NCBI GenBank assembly: GCA_002707495.1
Contig: PAMZ01000005.1
Location: 246,971 to 278,970, forward strand
From: Halobacteriovoraceae bacterium
GTDB taxonomy: Bacteria > Bdellovibrionota > Bacteriovoracia > Bacteriovoracales > Bacteriovoracaceae
Direction: 5' to 3'
Length of the DNA stretch: 32,000 bases
The translations under genes were made by a program, and so were the position numbers. This document shows, in pieces, positions 1 through 9,061 of the stretch; position 1 is the stretch's first letter; each line of letters opens with the position of its first letter. Below the pieces are notes generated by a model, which worked only from the letters and a program-made list of their open reading frames with translations, had not been told where the DNA came from and did not search any database.

Positions 1-436
1 CCATAAGTGCAAAAGACTTTACGTCCTTATTGACGACAGCTCCGGCGGCAATAAAACAATTTTCATTCAAAGTAACACCACAAACGATCGTCGCATTTGC
101 ACCAATTGTAGCGCCTTTTTTGATATGAGTATCCATATACTCATCTTTTCGAACTACCGCAGATCTTGGATTATAGACATTTGTAAAAACCATACTCGGA
201 CCACAAAAGACATCGTCTTCGATAAATACATTGTCATAGACTGAAACGTTATTTTGAATCTTTACATTGTTTCCAATCGTGACTCTGTTACCTACGAAAA
301 CATTTTGGCCAAATGAGCATTTCTCACCAATTCTAGCTCCACTACAAATATGTACCCAATGCCAAACTCTTGATCCGGCACCGATCTCTGCTCCTTCGTC
401 CACAATTGCTGTTTCATGCTTAAAAAAATCACTCAT
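1..436 (-). CDS. wbpD: UDP-2-acetamido-3-amino-2,3-dideoxy-glucuronate N-acetyltransferase (WbpD-like hexapeptide transferase); 3' end lies beyond the window
   Basis: This ORF is not in the supplied track. Hand translation of the minus strand from ATG at 436 gives [95 protein letters not shown]...[20 protein letters not shown], which stays open to base 1. It shows left-handed beta-helix hexapeptide periodicity and is collinear with WbpD/WlbB as I remember them. It starts 9 nt downstream of the wbpB stop. Confidence 0.8.
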   Translation of the reverse strand, partial: MSDFFKHETAIVDEGAEIGAGSRVWHWVHICSGARIGEKCSFGQNVFVGNRVTIGNNVKIQNNVSVYDNVFIEDDVFCGPSMVFTNVYNPRSAVVRKDEYMDTHIKKGATIGANATIVCGVTLNENCFIAAGAVVNKDVKSFALM

Positions 437-445
437 ATATTACCT

Positions 446-1384
446 TTACAGCCCTTTCAACATGGGATGAGAGTTATTTTTCACACCTGACGGTTGTTGC
501 CCACGAAGATCTTCTACGATTCTAATAGCTGTTCTGGCATCTTCTAAACCATAGCCTTTACCATCAATAACTTCTTTGTAAACTTTAGTATGAAGGTCTG
601 TAAAACCTCCAGAAAATTCAATTTCATCTCCATCGACAGTAATTGATCTGTAAGTAGTCATACCTTTATCTGTTGCTTCTTTAGGTAGATATTTTCTATC
701 AACACTTAAAATCCATTTTACTTTTGCTTTTTCAAGCTCCATATAACCGCTAGTCATCAACTCATTACTAAAGTGTAGTTCGTTTGATTTTATTGATCCG
801 AATATCCAAGTGAGCATATCAAAAAAATGAATCCCTATATTAGAAGTGAGGCCTCCGGATTTTTGAAAATTTCCTTTCCAAGATTCATGATACCAAGGCC
901 CTCTACTTGTTAAATAAGTCAGCTCTATTTCATGATCTGATCTCTTCTTTTGATCTATCTTCTTTTTCAGCTCAATTATAGATTCATGAACTCTCAACTG
1001 AAGAACAGTGTTAATTTTTTTACCATATTTTTTCTCGTAAGTTTTCAATTCATCTATTTCAGATTCATTTAAAACGAGTGGTTTTTCACAAATAACATCG
1101 CAACCTGAGCGTAGTCCAAACTTCATATGGGCACTATGAAGATGATTAGGTGAACAGATCGAAACATAATCTACCTTCTTATCAGTTCCTTTAAGAGAAT
1201 CTACATAAGCTTCAAACCTCTCAAAATCTTTAAAGAAAGCTACATCTTGGGTATAGCGGTCAAGAACACCAACCGAATCGTTAACATCCATAGCTGTTAC
1301 AGTGATATTTCCAGTATCATTTATTGCCTGGATATGTCTTGGGGCGATATATCCGCCCACTCCGATGATTGCGAAATTCTTCAT
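446..1384 (-). CDS. wbpB: UDP-N-acetyl-2-amino-2-deoxy-glucuronate 3-dehydrogenase (Gfo/Idh/MocA oxidoreductase, WbpB-like)
   Basis: The N-terminal Rossmann segment is MKNFAIIGVGGYIAPRH. The segments DYVSICSPNHLH, CDVICEKPL and YRSITVDGDEIEFSGGFTDLHT match my recollection of P. aeruginosa WbpB. The context is wbpA/E/D. Confidence 0.85.
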   Translation of the reverse strand: MKNFAIIGVGGYIAPRHIQAINDTGNITVTAMDVNDSVGVLDRYTQDVAFFKDFERFEAYVDSLKGTDKKVDYVSICSPNHLHSAHMKFGLRSGCDVICEKPLVLNESEIDELKTYEKKYGKKINTVLQLRVHESIIELKKKIDQKKRSDHEIELTYLTSRGPWYHESWKGNFQKSGGLTSNIGIHFFDMLTWIFGSIKSNELHFSNELMTSGYMELEKAKVKWILSVDRKYLPKEATDKGMTTYRSITVDGDEIEFSGGFTDLHTKVYKEVIDGKGYGLEDARTAIRIVEDLRGQQPSGVKNNSHPMLKGL

Positions 1385-1387
1385 TAG

Positions 1388-2692
1388 TTAGGCCCTAATA
1401 ATCTTATCTGATTTTTCTTTAAACTTACCACGGGTATCTACAAGAAACTTTGAATGTTTAAGAATCAGTCCATAATCAAACTTTGAGTGATCCGTCGTTA
1501 AAACAACACAATCAAAACTAGCGATATTTTCTGGAGTAAGTTCTACACTTGAAAGGTCAAAACTATGCTCTCGCATTTTCGGGAAGACAGGAACATGTGG
1601 ATCAGAGTATGAAATAACAGCTCCGTGGTCCCTAAGTTTTTCCATTAGAAAAACCGAAGGTGACTCTCTCATATCATCAACATTCTTTTTATATGCAATA
1701 CCTAGAACTAAAATTTTTGAGCCTTTAATGGTCACTTGACGCTCATTCAACCCTTTACCAATTTTTTTCATCACATAACTTGGCATTCCTGAATTAATTT
1801 CTCCTGCCAATTCAATAAAGCGCGTGTGGACTCCATACTCTCGTGCTTTCCAAGTCAGGTAAAATGGATCGATAGGAATACAATGTCCCCCAATTCCAGG
1901 GCCCGGTTTATAGGCAACAAAACCAAATGGCTTCGTTGCGGCTGCATCGATTACTTCGTGAATATCGATATCCATTTTATCCGCTACAATTTTTAACTCA
2001 TTAACTAGACCAATGTTCACCGCTCTGTGAATATTCTCTAAAAGCTTTGTCATTTCTGCAGCTCTAGTCGAGCTAACCGGCACTACCTTATCGATAACAC
2101 CTTCGTACAATTTCACTCCAGCCTCTAAACAATTTTCAGTATGACCGCCACAAACTTTAGGAATAGTTCTTGTCGTGAAGTTTTGGTTGCCCGGATCTTC
2201 TCTCTCAGGGGAATAAACGAGAAAAATATCTTTTCCAACTTTAAGTCCATTTTTCTCAACTCGAGGAAGTAGCTCCTCCTCAGTGGTTCCTGGATAAGTT
2301 GTGCTCTCCAATGAAATAACCTGCCCTTTGCGCATATAGGGCACACAAGCTTCCGTTGTTTCTAAAACATAGCTCAAATCTGGCTCGCGATATTTATTCA
2401 GAGGAGTTGGGACACATAGAATGATTGAATCAACCTCTGCTATTCTTGAGAAATCGGTCGTAGCCTCAAATCCCCTCTCCTTAGACTTTCCAATATCATT
2501 GGAGGAAATATGCTCAATATAGCTCTCTCCCTTATTGAGTTTATCTATTTTCGACTGATCAATATCAAAACCTAAAACCTTATAGCCAACTTCTGAGTAT
2601 CTGATCATTAGCGGCAAACCTACATATCCGAGTCCTACGATTCCAATCACAGCAGATTTATCTTCGAGTTTTTTCAATAATTCGTTTTTCAT
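1388..2692 (-). CDS. wbpA: UDP-N-acetyl-D-glucosamine 6-dehydrogenase (nucleotide-sugar dehydrogenase, WbpA-like)
   Basis: It has the GxGxxG motif ([13 protein letters not shown]), the catalytic Cys region GGHCIPIDP, and the length of the UDP-glucose/GDP-mannose dehydrogenase family (434 aa). The substrate assignment rests on the wbpB/E/D context. Confidence 0.8.
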   Translation of the reverse strand: MKNELLKKLEDKSAVIGIVGLGYVGLPLMIRYSEVGYKVLGFDIDQSKIDKLNKGESYIEHISSNDIGKSKERGFEATTDFSRIAEVDSIILCVPTPLNKYREPDLSYVLETTEACVPYMRKGQVISLESTTYPGTTEEELLPRVEKNGLKVGKDIFLVYSPEREDPGNQNFTTRTIPKVCGGHTENCLEAGVKLYEGVIDKVVPVSSTRAAEMTKLLENIHRAVNIGLVNELKIVADKMDIDIHEVIDAAATKPFGFVAYKPGPGIGGHCIPIDPFYLTWKAREYGVHTRFIELAGEINSGMPSYVMKKIGKGLNERQVTIKGSKILVLGIAYKKNVDDMRESPSVFLMEKLRDHGAVISYSDPHVPVFPKMREHSFDLSSVELTPENIASFDCVVLTTDHSKFDYGLILKHSKFLVDTRGKFKEKSDKIIRA

Positions 2693-2701
2693 ATTTTTTT
2701 C

Positions 2702-3790
2702 CTAGATATTCTTTAAAACGGCTTTAATTACCTTGTCCTGATCTGCATTTTCCATATAAGGATGCATTGGCAAGCTGACCACTTTTTGAGAAGCAATATC
2801 AGCTAGAGGCATGTCTATTTTTCCATACCCAAGTTTTTGAAAGATTGGCTGATGATGGATCGGAACTGGATAGTGTACTGCTGTTGGAATACCATCTTGT
2901 TTCATCTTTTCGATGAAAGAATCTCTGTTTTCAACCTCAATTGTATATTGAGCAAAGACTGACTTGTATCCTTCTTTAATCCTAGTCGTCTTGATCTTCC
3001 CTTTAAAATGCTCTTCATATCTCATAGCGACTGTTTGTCTCAATTCAACTTCTTTAGGAAAAACGGAAAGCTTCTCCAACAAAATAGCTGCTTGAAGTGT
3101 ATCTAGTCTACTATTGTAGCCAAGACTCGTATGAGTATATCTTTTCGACTGACCGTGATTTCTAATTTCTGCGATCGACTTTGCGAGATCATCATTATTT
3201 GTGAAAATCGCTCCTCCATCACCATAGCAACCTAATGGCTTGGCAGGAAAAAAGCTTGTGGTAGAAATATCTGCAATAGAGCATGACTTACGTCCTTGGA
3301 TCTCAGCACCGAAACTTTGAGCCGCGTCTTCAATCACATATAGATTATGCTTTTTTGCGATCTCCATAATCTTGTCCATATCAGACATCTGACCATACAA
3401 AGAGACAGGGATAATAGCTTTAGTCTTTGCTGTTATCTTCTCTTCAATCAACTCAGCGTTGATATTGTAAGTGTTCGGATCTATATCAGCGAAGACTAGT
3501 TTCGCACCAGCCATTGCGATTGTCTCCCCTGTAGCAAAAAACGTAAATGGCGTGGAGATGACTTCATCTCCCTCTCCAATATTTAAAGCCTTGAGTGCAA
3601 TTGAAAGAGCATCCGTTCCATTAGCACAGCCGATGGAATGCTTAACTCCAACATACTCCGATAGTTCAGACTCTAACTCACTGACCTCAGGTCCCATGAT
3701 GTATTGGCCATGATTCAGGACACCATTAATACGCTTTAGAATCTTACTTTCTATGGACTTATATTGCGCTTGTAAGTCAATAAATTGCAT
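2702..3790 (-). CDS. wbpE: UDP-2-acetamido-2-deoxy-3-oxo-glucuronate aminotransferase (DegT/DnrJ/EryC1 family, WbpE-like)
   Basis: The segments HGQYIMGPEV, CANGTDAL, IEDAAQSFGA, TSFFPAKPLGCYGDGGA and NSRLDTLQAAILL are typical of the sugar PLP aminotransferase family. The protein is collinear with WbpE as I recall it. Confidence 0.85.
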   Translation of the reverse strand: MQFIDLQAQYKSIESKILKRINGVLNHGQYIMGPEVSELESELSEYVGVKHSIGCANGTDALSIALKALNIGEGDEVISTPFTFFATGETIAMAGAKLVFADIDPNTYNINAELIEEKITAKTKAIIPVSLYGQMSDMDKIMEIAKKHNLYVIEDAAQSFGAEIQGRKSCSIADISTTSFFPAKPLGCYGDGGAIFTNNDDLAKSIAEIRNHGQSKRYTHTSLGYNSRLDTLQAAILLEKLSVFPKEVELRQTVAMRYEEHFKGKIKTTRIKEGYKSVFAQYTIEVENRDSFIEKMKQDGIPTAVHYPVPIHHQPIFQKLGYGKIDMPLADIASQKVVSLPMHPYMENADQDKVIKAVLKNI

Positions 3791-3859
3791 AACTTGACCT
3801 TTCTAAATTAATGTTTATTTAAGCTGCTAGATTAAAGAATATGTAAGGCATTATGTCTA

Positions 3860-4837
3860 TCAGAAATGCGCCCTAAGGGCGTTTAAAAGCTGTTTTCTGC
3901 GCTGCTCATAACCATAGGTACTCAGTGTTTTTTCTCGAATAGACTGGTGGTTGATCTCGCTCTGCATGATGTCTTTTAGAAACTCAGAGACTGTCTCTAC
4001 CTTTTCAAACTCAAAACTCTTTCCAATCGGTTTTACTATCTCTCCTAGTGCACCATCATCAGAGCTGACGGGAAAGCACCCCTGAAGGGCCCCTTCTACA
4101 ATTGACATACAAAAACTCTCATAGCGAGAGAACTGAACAATAACTTTGTGGGATGCATAGACCTCTTGAAGCTGCTTCGCACTAATATTTCCCAAAAGTG
4201 TCAAGTTAGAGCGTTTGGAAATTTTGCTCAAAACTTCATAAGAAATTGCTCCAACATGAGTGAACTGAGTCTGTGGAAGCATATCCACGACTTCTAAAAA
4301 TCGATCAAAACCCTTTATCCTGCATCGCAAGAGGTCAATACTTGAAACCATTAAAATCTTGGGCTTTCGAAGGACTTCTAACTGCGGAAATATTGCAACA
4401 CAATTGTGTACAACTTCGATTTTTTCAGTGGGGACCCTAGCATTTTTTTTAGCCTCTTCTGCAGTGAATTGTGATACGGGCAATACTAAGTCTGCCAATT
4501 TAAATAGCATAATCCTTAAAAACTTAGAAAGCTTACTAAATGTGAACGCTCCATATTTCTCTTCTTTATAACTCGCTACATCGTATCCGCCAGCCACTAT
4601 ACATACTTTTTTAAGCATGCACTTAGCCAAAATTGTCGCTGGAAAAAAAATTAAACTTCCAAACCAAAAATAGACGATTTCAGACAGATAGATTTTCTGA
4701 AGTAAATGAAAGGAGTAATCACTTATAGAGTTGATAAAATAACTTTCAACAATGTAGTCATTACTAAGAATTTTAATATCGTTATCTATCCACTGAGCTT
4801 TAGTATTGTGAATAAGAATTATTTTTTTCTTTTTCAT
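3860..4837 (-). CDS. GT-B fold glycosyltransferase (GT4-like)
   Basis: The C-terminal segment ESFCMSIVEGALQGCFPVSSDDGALGEIV resembles the E-X7-E donor-binding region of GT4 enzymes. The ORF is 325 aa and sits in a glycan locus. Confidence 0.65.
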   Translation of the reverse strand: MKKKKIILIHNTKAQWIDNDIKILSNDYIVESYFINSISDYSFHLLQKIYLSEIVYFWFGSLIFFPATILAKCMLKKVCIVAGGYDVASYKEEKYGAFTFSKLSKFLRIMLFKLADLVLPVSQFTAEEAKKNARVPTEKIEVVHNCVAIFPQLEVLRKPKILMVSSIDLLRCRIKGFDRFLEVVDMLPQTQFTHVGAISYEVLSKISKRSNLTLLGNISAKQLQEVYASHKVIVQFSRYESFCMSIVEGALQGCFPVSSDDGALGEIVKPIGKSFEFEKVETVSEFLKDIMQSEINHQSIREKTLSTYGYEQRRKQLLNALRAHF

Positions 4838-5001
4838 TTCTAAGCCTTACAACTTAAACTTCCAAGAGACCACACTAAACCATTTAGCCATTCTTGAATA
4901 GGAATGCTTTTTCTCTGCACCGCTCCATCAAGACAACAGTATCGTCGACTTAAGTTAAAAAATAAGGTTCAATAGAATCAAAAAATAAACGGACACAATT
5001 T

Positions 5002-6279
5002 TTGAGACTTGAGCTTCCAGGAAAAATTAGATGTATCATATCCTTTTGCTTGCTTTTCAGTTTGTCATTAATTCTATTTCGAGCAATTAATATCTCAATG
5101 ACAGAGCGAAAAACGCTATTTGGCGACGGTTACTCAGATAGAAATACTTATTCCGCCATCCTCTTTTTTAAAGATCATGGATTTTTGAAATCTAATTTTT
5201 TACCGATGCATAATTATACTGAAACCAGAGATCTAAGAGATGCAACCGCCTATACCCATTACCCGGCACTTCCGGATATTCTCTCAGCCAGCTATGCTTT
5301 TTTATTCGCTACTGAGCAAGAATGGCAAATTAGGATCATTCCGATATTTCTTTCTATTTTTATGCTGTTCGTTGCTTGGCATACATTAAAGATATACTTA
5401 CGAGAATCTAAATCTCTTTATTTAAGTTTTATTTCTCTAGTTCTCTCAAATTATTATATTTCTTTTGCTGATAATCTGCATAAGCATATTTATGAAGAGT
5501 TTTTTAAATGGATTATAGTTTGGGCATTAATAGTTTTCTATAAGTTCCCTGAGCGTTACTCTAAAGCCGGTCTGATAAGTCTCCTTGCAATTTGTTTCTT
5601 TCTCGTATCGAACGCATCATTTGAACCGATAGTCTTTATCGCTGTTTTTGTAGTAGGGATGAGCTGGACATTTAAGAGAAGAATCTTCACTCCGCTAAAT
5701 TTCTTTTTGGGTTTTATAACGATATCAGCTTTCGTGGTCCATTTCTATCAGGTAATTTTATATTACGGAGACTTCAATGAAGCACTCGCAGACTTTTCAG
5801 GCTCACTCTCACACCGTACTTTAGGAAAGGACAACGCGAAAAACTATTTTACTTGGATTGATTTTTTACAAAATCCATTCAGACCGATAAACCGAATGGA
5901 ACGAATGTTTATTATTCCAGGTTGGGCCTATATTATCATGTTATGGTTTGGACTTAAGAAGATCTTTCGTGAAAATAAAGAGTTCTTTGGTGTTATCATG
6001 AGTCTACTCGCTGCTTCTTATGCCTGGTATCTTGTTATGCCTCAACATGCGTTCATTCATCCTTTTACTGTAAGACAATTTGGAATTTTTATTATTTTTA
6101 CGACTGGTATTAGTGTCATCGAATATTTGAAAATCGCAAAGGAACACTTTAATTCAGATCAATTTTTACTTAAATTTGCTCATAGCTTTCTCGCACTCTA
6201 TGTTATCGCCATGTTTCTCACTCAGCACGTGCTACAAGCTTACCTAAGATTCGGATTTCTACATGGATCAAAATTATGA
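5002..6279 (+). CDS. Polytopic inner-membrane protein, possibly a GT-C-type (ArnT/PMT-like) glycosyltransferase or a polymerase/ligase
   Basis: About 10-12 hydrophobic helices are visible. The first extracytoplasmic loop, GDGYSDRNTYSAILFFKDHGF...YTHYPALP, resembles the D-x-x-x-Y...G...Y-x-x-PPL pattern of GT39/GT83. The stop overlaps the GT9 start (ATGA at 6276-6279). The start is uncertain: TTG at 5002 keeps the first TM helix, while the first in-frame ATG is at 5098. Confidence 0.55.
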   Translation: MRLELPGKIRCIISFCLLFSLSLILFRAINISMTERKTLFGDGYSDRNTYSAILFFKDHGFLKSNFLPMHNYTETRDLRDATAYTHYPALPDILSASYAFLFATEQEWQIRIIPIFLSIFMLFVAWHTLKIYLRESKSLYLSFISLVLSNYYISFADNLHKHIYEEFFKWIIVWALIVFYKFPERYSKAGLISLLAICFFLVSNASFEPIVFIAVFVVGMSWTFKRRIFTPLNFFLGFITISAFVVHFYQVILYYGDFNEALADFSGSLSHRTLGKDNAKNYFTWIDFLQNPFRPINRMERMFIIPGWAYIIMLWFGLKKIFRENKEFFGVIMSLLAASYAWYLVMPQHAFIHPFTVRQFGIFIIFTTGISVIEYLKIAKEHFNSDQFLLKFAHSFLALYVIAMFLTQHVLQAYLRFGFLHGSKL

Positions 6280-7409
6280 AATTAAGGGTGAAGAGAAATA
6301 TTGATCTTCTGGTAGGTCAGCCTTTAATTTGGTTTTTCATTCCATTTGCCAGGCTTCTAGGACTAATTTTAAAGCGAGATCACAAATTAGAAGTTAAAGG
6401 AAAAATTCTAGTCTTAAAGATGGCAGGGGGGGGAAGTCTCTATATTGCTTATCCAGCATTAAAAGCTCTAAAAAATGAAAGCGATCATCCCATAGATCTT
6501 CTTTGCACTCAAGCCGTTGCTCCTTTTGCAAAGACCCTTGGAATTTTTGATAATATAATTGTTCTCGATGGATCTGGCATATTTGGTTTTATAAAAACCT
6601 ACATTGGTTTTTGGATGAAAAATTTTAAAGCCTACGATACTGTCTTAAATTACGAAGTACATTCAAGACTTGCAACTGTGATTTCTCTATTTAGTATGGC
6701 GAGAAACAGAATCGGATACCATCGACATAATTTTAACCCTTTTACCAATCTAAACACTCACTCTTTTCATTTTGATCTAAGACACTCTATACCAAGATCC
6801 TATGAAGAAGCAGCCATCGCTCTCTGTGCAAAAATACCTCCGTCAAGTGAACTTCATAGAGATTTTACAAGTCATTTAACGAATTCAAATCCTGAAATAA
6901 AAGTAGAAAAGGATCTCACCTATAAGATTGGTATTGGTGCAATTTGTTCGGACCTAGCCCCTGAGAGGATGATGTCGAACGAAAACTGGAAGGCATTTGC
7001 TAAAAAGCGACTAAGTGAACTTGAAGGGCCGGTACGAATTTATCTTTTGGGAGCACCAAATGATAAAGTTGTTTATGATAGAATGATTGATGAAGTTTTT
7101 GAAGACTTAGATGTTGAGGTCGTCAACGCTGCAGGTTTTATGCCCCTCGGACAAACGATAGCATACATGTATCAAAATCTTAATGAGTACTGGGGAATAG
7201 ATACCTCGCTTCTTCATATCTCTAGACTTTTAGGAATTAAGTCTTATCTCTTCTGGGGTCCCACAGACCCAGAGGTTTATTTAAAAGAATTTGATTTTCT
7301 CGACAGTCAGATTTATTTCAAAAAGATTGCATGCTCGCCCTGCGTTCATATTACGCGCTACCCACCATGCCTAGGGAATAATGTTTGCATGAATTTTGAT
7401 TTTCTTTAA
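6276..7409 (+). CDS. Glycosyltransferase family 9 (heptosyltransferase-like)
   Basis: ILVLKMAGGGSLYIAYPALKALK corresponds to the N-terminal GT9 loop. IDTSLLHISRLLGIKSYLFWGPTDP corresponds to nDSGxmHlAaAlgxPxvxlfGpT. The C-terminal C-x-P-C...C...C-M motif is present. Confidence 0.7.
   Translation: MKLRVKRNIDLLVGQPLIWFFIPFARLLGLILKRDHKLEVKGKILVLKMAGGGSLYIAYPALKALKNESDHPIDLLCTQAVAPFAKTLGIFDNIIVLDGSGIFGFIKTYIGFWMKNFKAYDTVLNYEVHSRLATVISLFSMARNRIGYHRHNFNPFTNLNTHSFHFDLRHSIPRSYEEAAIALCAKIPPSSELHRDFTSHLTNSNPEIKVEKDLTYKIGIGAICSDLAPERMMSNENWKAFAKKRLSELEGPVRIYLLGAPNDKVVYDRMIDEVFEDLDVEVVNAAGFMPLGQTIAYMYQNLNEYWGIDTSLLHISRLLGIKSYLFWGPTDPEVYLKEFDFLDSQIYFKKIACSPCVHITRYPPCLGNNVCMNFDFL
6426..6433 (+). repeat. 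G8 homopolymeric tract inside the GT9 coding sequence (codons 51-53, GGG GGG GGA)
   Basis: Counted directly: ...atggcaGGGGGGGGaagtctc. It is the longest G/C run I could find in the window; other G/C runs are 6 nt or shorter. Confidence 0.9.
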
Positions 7410-8113
7410 GCTCAAAAAGAACATCATCTACAAGACAATCAATAGGATCTATCAACTTAAATTCTTTTTCAAGTTCCGTTTTACATAGAGACAGCTCAGT
7501 ACATCCTAAGATAATAGGTATACCCTTTAATTTTGATAGCCCATCTTTAATAAGGTTTAATGATTGCTCAGTTACTCCCTGACTCTTAATTCCAAACTCT
7601 TTTGAATAAAATTGAATTATGAATATATTTTTCATTTTCACTAGGCGAAAGTTTTTTTACTTTTATACCACTCACCTTTAAACTTTCTTCATAAATCTTT
7701 GTTTTAAAAGAACCATTAGTTCCTACAAAACCGACTTTAGATAAGTTTGATTTAACTACCGAACCCAATGTTGCCTTTATAATACTTACGACCCCGTCAG
7801 TGTTATAAATTTTGAAAATTTCTGGCGAGTGAGCAGTATTACAAATTACTACAAATATTTCGGCACCGGATTCTTTCAAAATTTTAATTTGATTTTTTAT
7901 AGCGAAACCCGGATTAAAATCTTCTTCACCTAATAGAAAACTTGTTCTATCAGGAACCTCTCGACTTTTAGAGAGATGTATAATTTCAGGATATTCGTGA
8001 TCTGCATCTGCACTGAATTTCTGAATTAAGCGTCTGTGAAATTCAACTCCCGCAAGAGGTCCCATTCCCCCAACAATTCCAATGGTTTTAAGTTTTAAAT
8101 TATCATTAGCCAT
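7351..8113 (-). pseudogene. Aspartate/glutamate racemase family gene (RacD/YgeA-like) split by a +1 frameshift
   Basis: ORF 7586..8113 carries the N-terminal half (TIGIVGGMGPLAGVEF and the first catalytic Cys in VVICNTAHS). ORF 7351..7641, in the +1 frame, carries the C-terminal half (IPIILGCTELSL, second catalytic Cys). The frames overlap over 7586..7641. Confidence 0.7.
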
Positions 8114-8128
8114 GTTAGTCTTTATTAT

Positions 8129-9061
8129 ATGTATTTAAGATACAAAATGAAAAATTTCTCTCATTGGCTAAAGAATCGATTAATCAGTGATGAGGAATAC
8201 TCAAGTAAAAGGTTTCAAAAAAGATTCGGATTCAAACCCAATTTTAAAAACCCTCAGACATTTAATGAAAAAATAAATTCTTTAAAGCTTAGTAATGATT
8301 GTTACAAACTTGCACTCTTTGTAGATAAACTCTTAGTTCAGAGCTATATAAGAGATTTGCTAGGAAAAGACTATCTAGTTCCATGTCTTGGAGCTTACGA
8401 AAAATTTGATAGAAAGCTTTTTGATAGTTTGCCTGAAAAATTTGTTATAAAAGGTTCACACGGTTCAGCGATGAACTATCTTGTTCATCAAAAAAAGGAA
8501 GTGGATTATCATTATTTAAAGAAGTTAACTTCAAAATGGTTAGCTAAAAATTTTTATCTACATGGAAGAGAAAAAGCTTATAGATATTTAAAGCCAAGAC
8601 TCATTATTGAAGAATTAATGGAAGATGAGAAAGGACAACCTCCACCCGACTACAAATTTTATTGTTTTAATGGAAATCCTAAGTTTATTCATGTGGATTT
8701 TGATCGTTTCAATGGTCATAGAAGAAACCTATATGATATGAATGGCAAACTTCTCCCTGTAAAGTATAAAAAGGATATTGATTTTTCAAAGAAGACTCTT
8801 AGTTTAGATTTATCAATTTTTAAAGAAACAGTTGAAAAGCTAGCATCCCCTTTTAAGTTTGTTAGAGTTGATCTATATCTTTACAAAGAACAAATCAAAT
8901 TCGGAGAATTCACATTTACTCCTATTAATGGATTTGGAAAGATTGAGCCTGAAATTTACGATAAGAAATTCGGAGATTTACTCGAAATAGGGGATGATTA
9001 TTCGTTCTTTCGCCAAATCACCCAAGAAAAACATGCTCTACTAAAAACTGATGTTAGATAA
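8129..9061 (+). CDS. TupA-like ATP-grasp amidoligase family protein
   Basis: The segments FGFKPNFKNPQTFNEKINSLKL, FVIKGSHGSAMNYLV, PPDYKFYCFNGNPKFIHVDFDRF and KFGEFTFTP match the TupA-like ATP-grasp family pattern. An alternative start is ATG at 8144. Confidence 0.7.
   Translation: MYLRYKMKNFSHWLKNRLISDEEYSSKRFQKRFGFKPNFKNPQTFNEKINSLKLSNDCYKLALFVDKLLVQSYIRDLLGKDYLVPCLGAYEKFDRKLFDSLPEKFVIKGSHGSAMNYLVHQKKEVDYHYLKKLTSKWLAKNFYLHGREKAYRYLKPRLIIEELMEDEKGQPPPDYKFYCFNGNPKFIHVDFDRFNGHRRNLYDMNGKLLPVKYKKDIDFSKKTLSLDLSIFKETVEKLASPFKFVRVDLYLYKEQIKFGEFTFTPINGFGKIEPEIYDKKFGDLLEIGDDYSFFRQITQEKHALLKTDVR

Noticed and set aside
267-470. 67-aa plus-strand ORF from the track
   Set aside because: It lies antisense to the wbpD-like hexapeptide transferase, whose minus-strand reading frame I translated by hand with clear family similarity. 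The plus-strand product is low-complexity with no motif.
3868-3882. GC-rich hairpin GCGCCC-TAA-GGGCGT at the 3' end of the GT gene
   Set aside because: The stem is only 5-6 bp with a 3-nt loop. It lies inside the last codons of the CDS (NALRAHF*) and is followed by only TTT on the minus strand. It is at best a weak attenuator between the GT gene and wbpE, and I do not call it a terminator.
4643-4650. A/T homopolymers of 7-8 nt inside glycosyltransferase and regulator genes (for example 4643..4650, 9612..9619, 31447..31454) as further phase-variation tracts
   Set aside because: A/T runs of this length are frequent throughout this AT-rich window, including in housekeeping contexts. They encode ordinary Lys/Phe pairs. 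Only the G8 tract stands out against the base composition.
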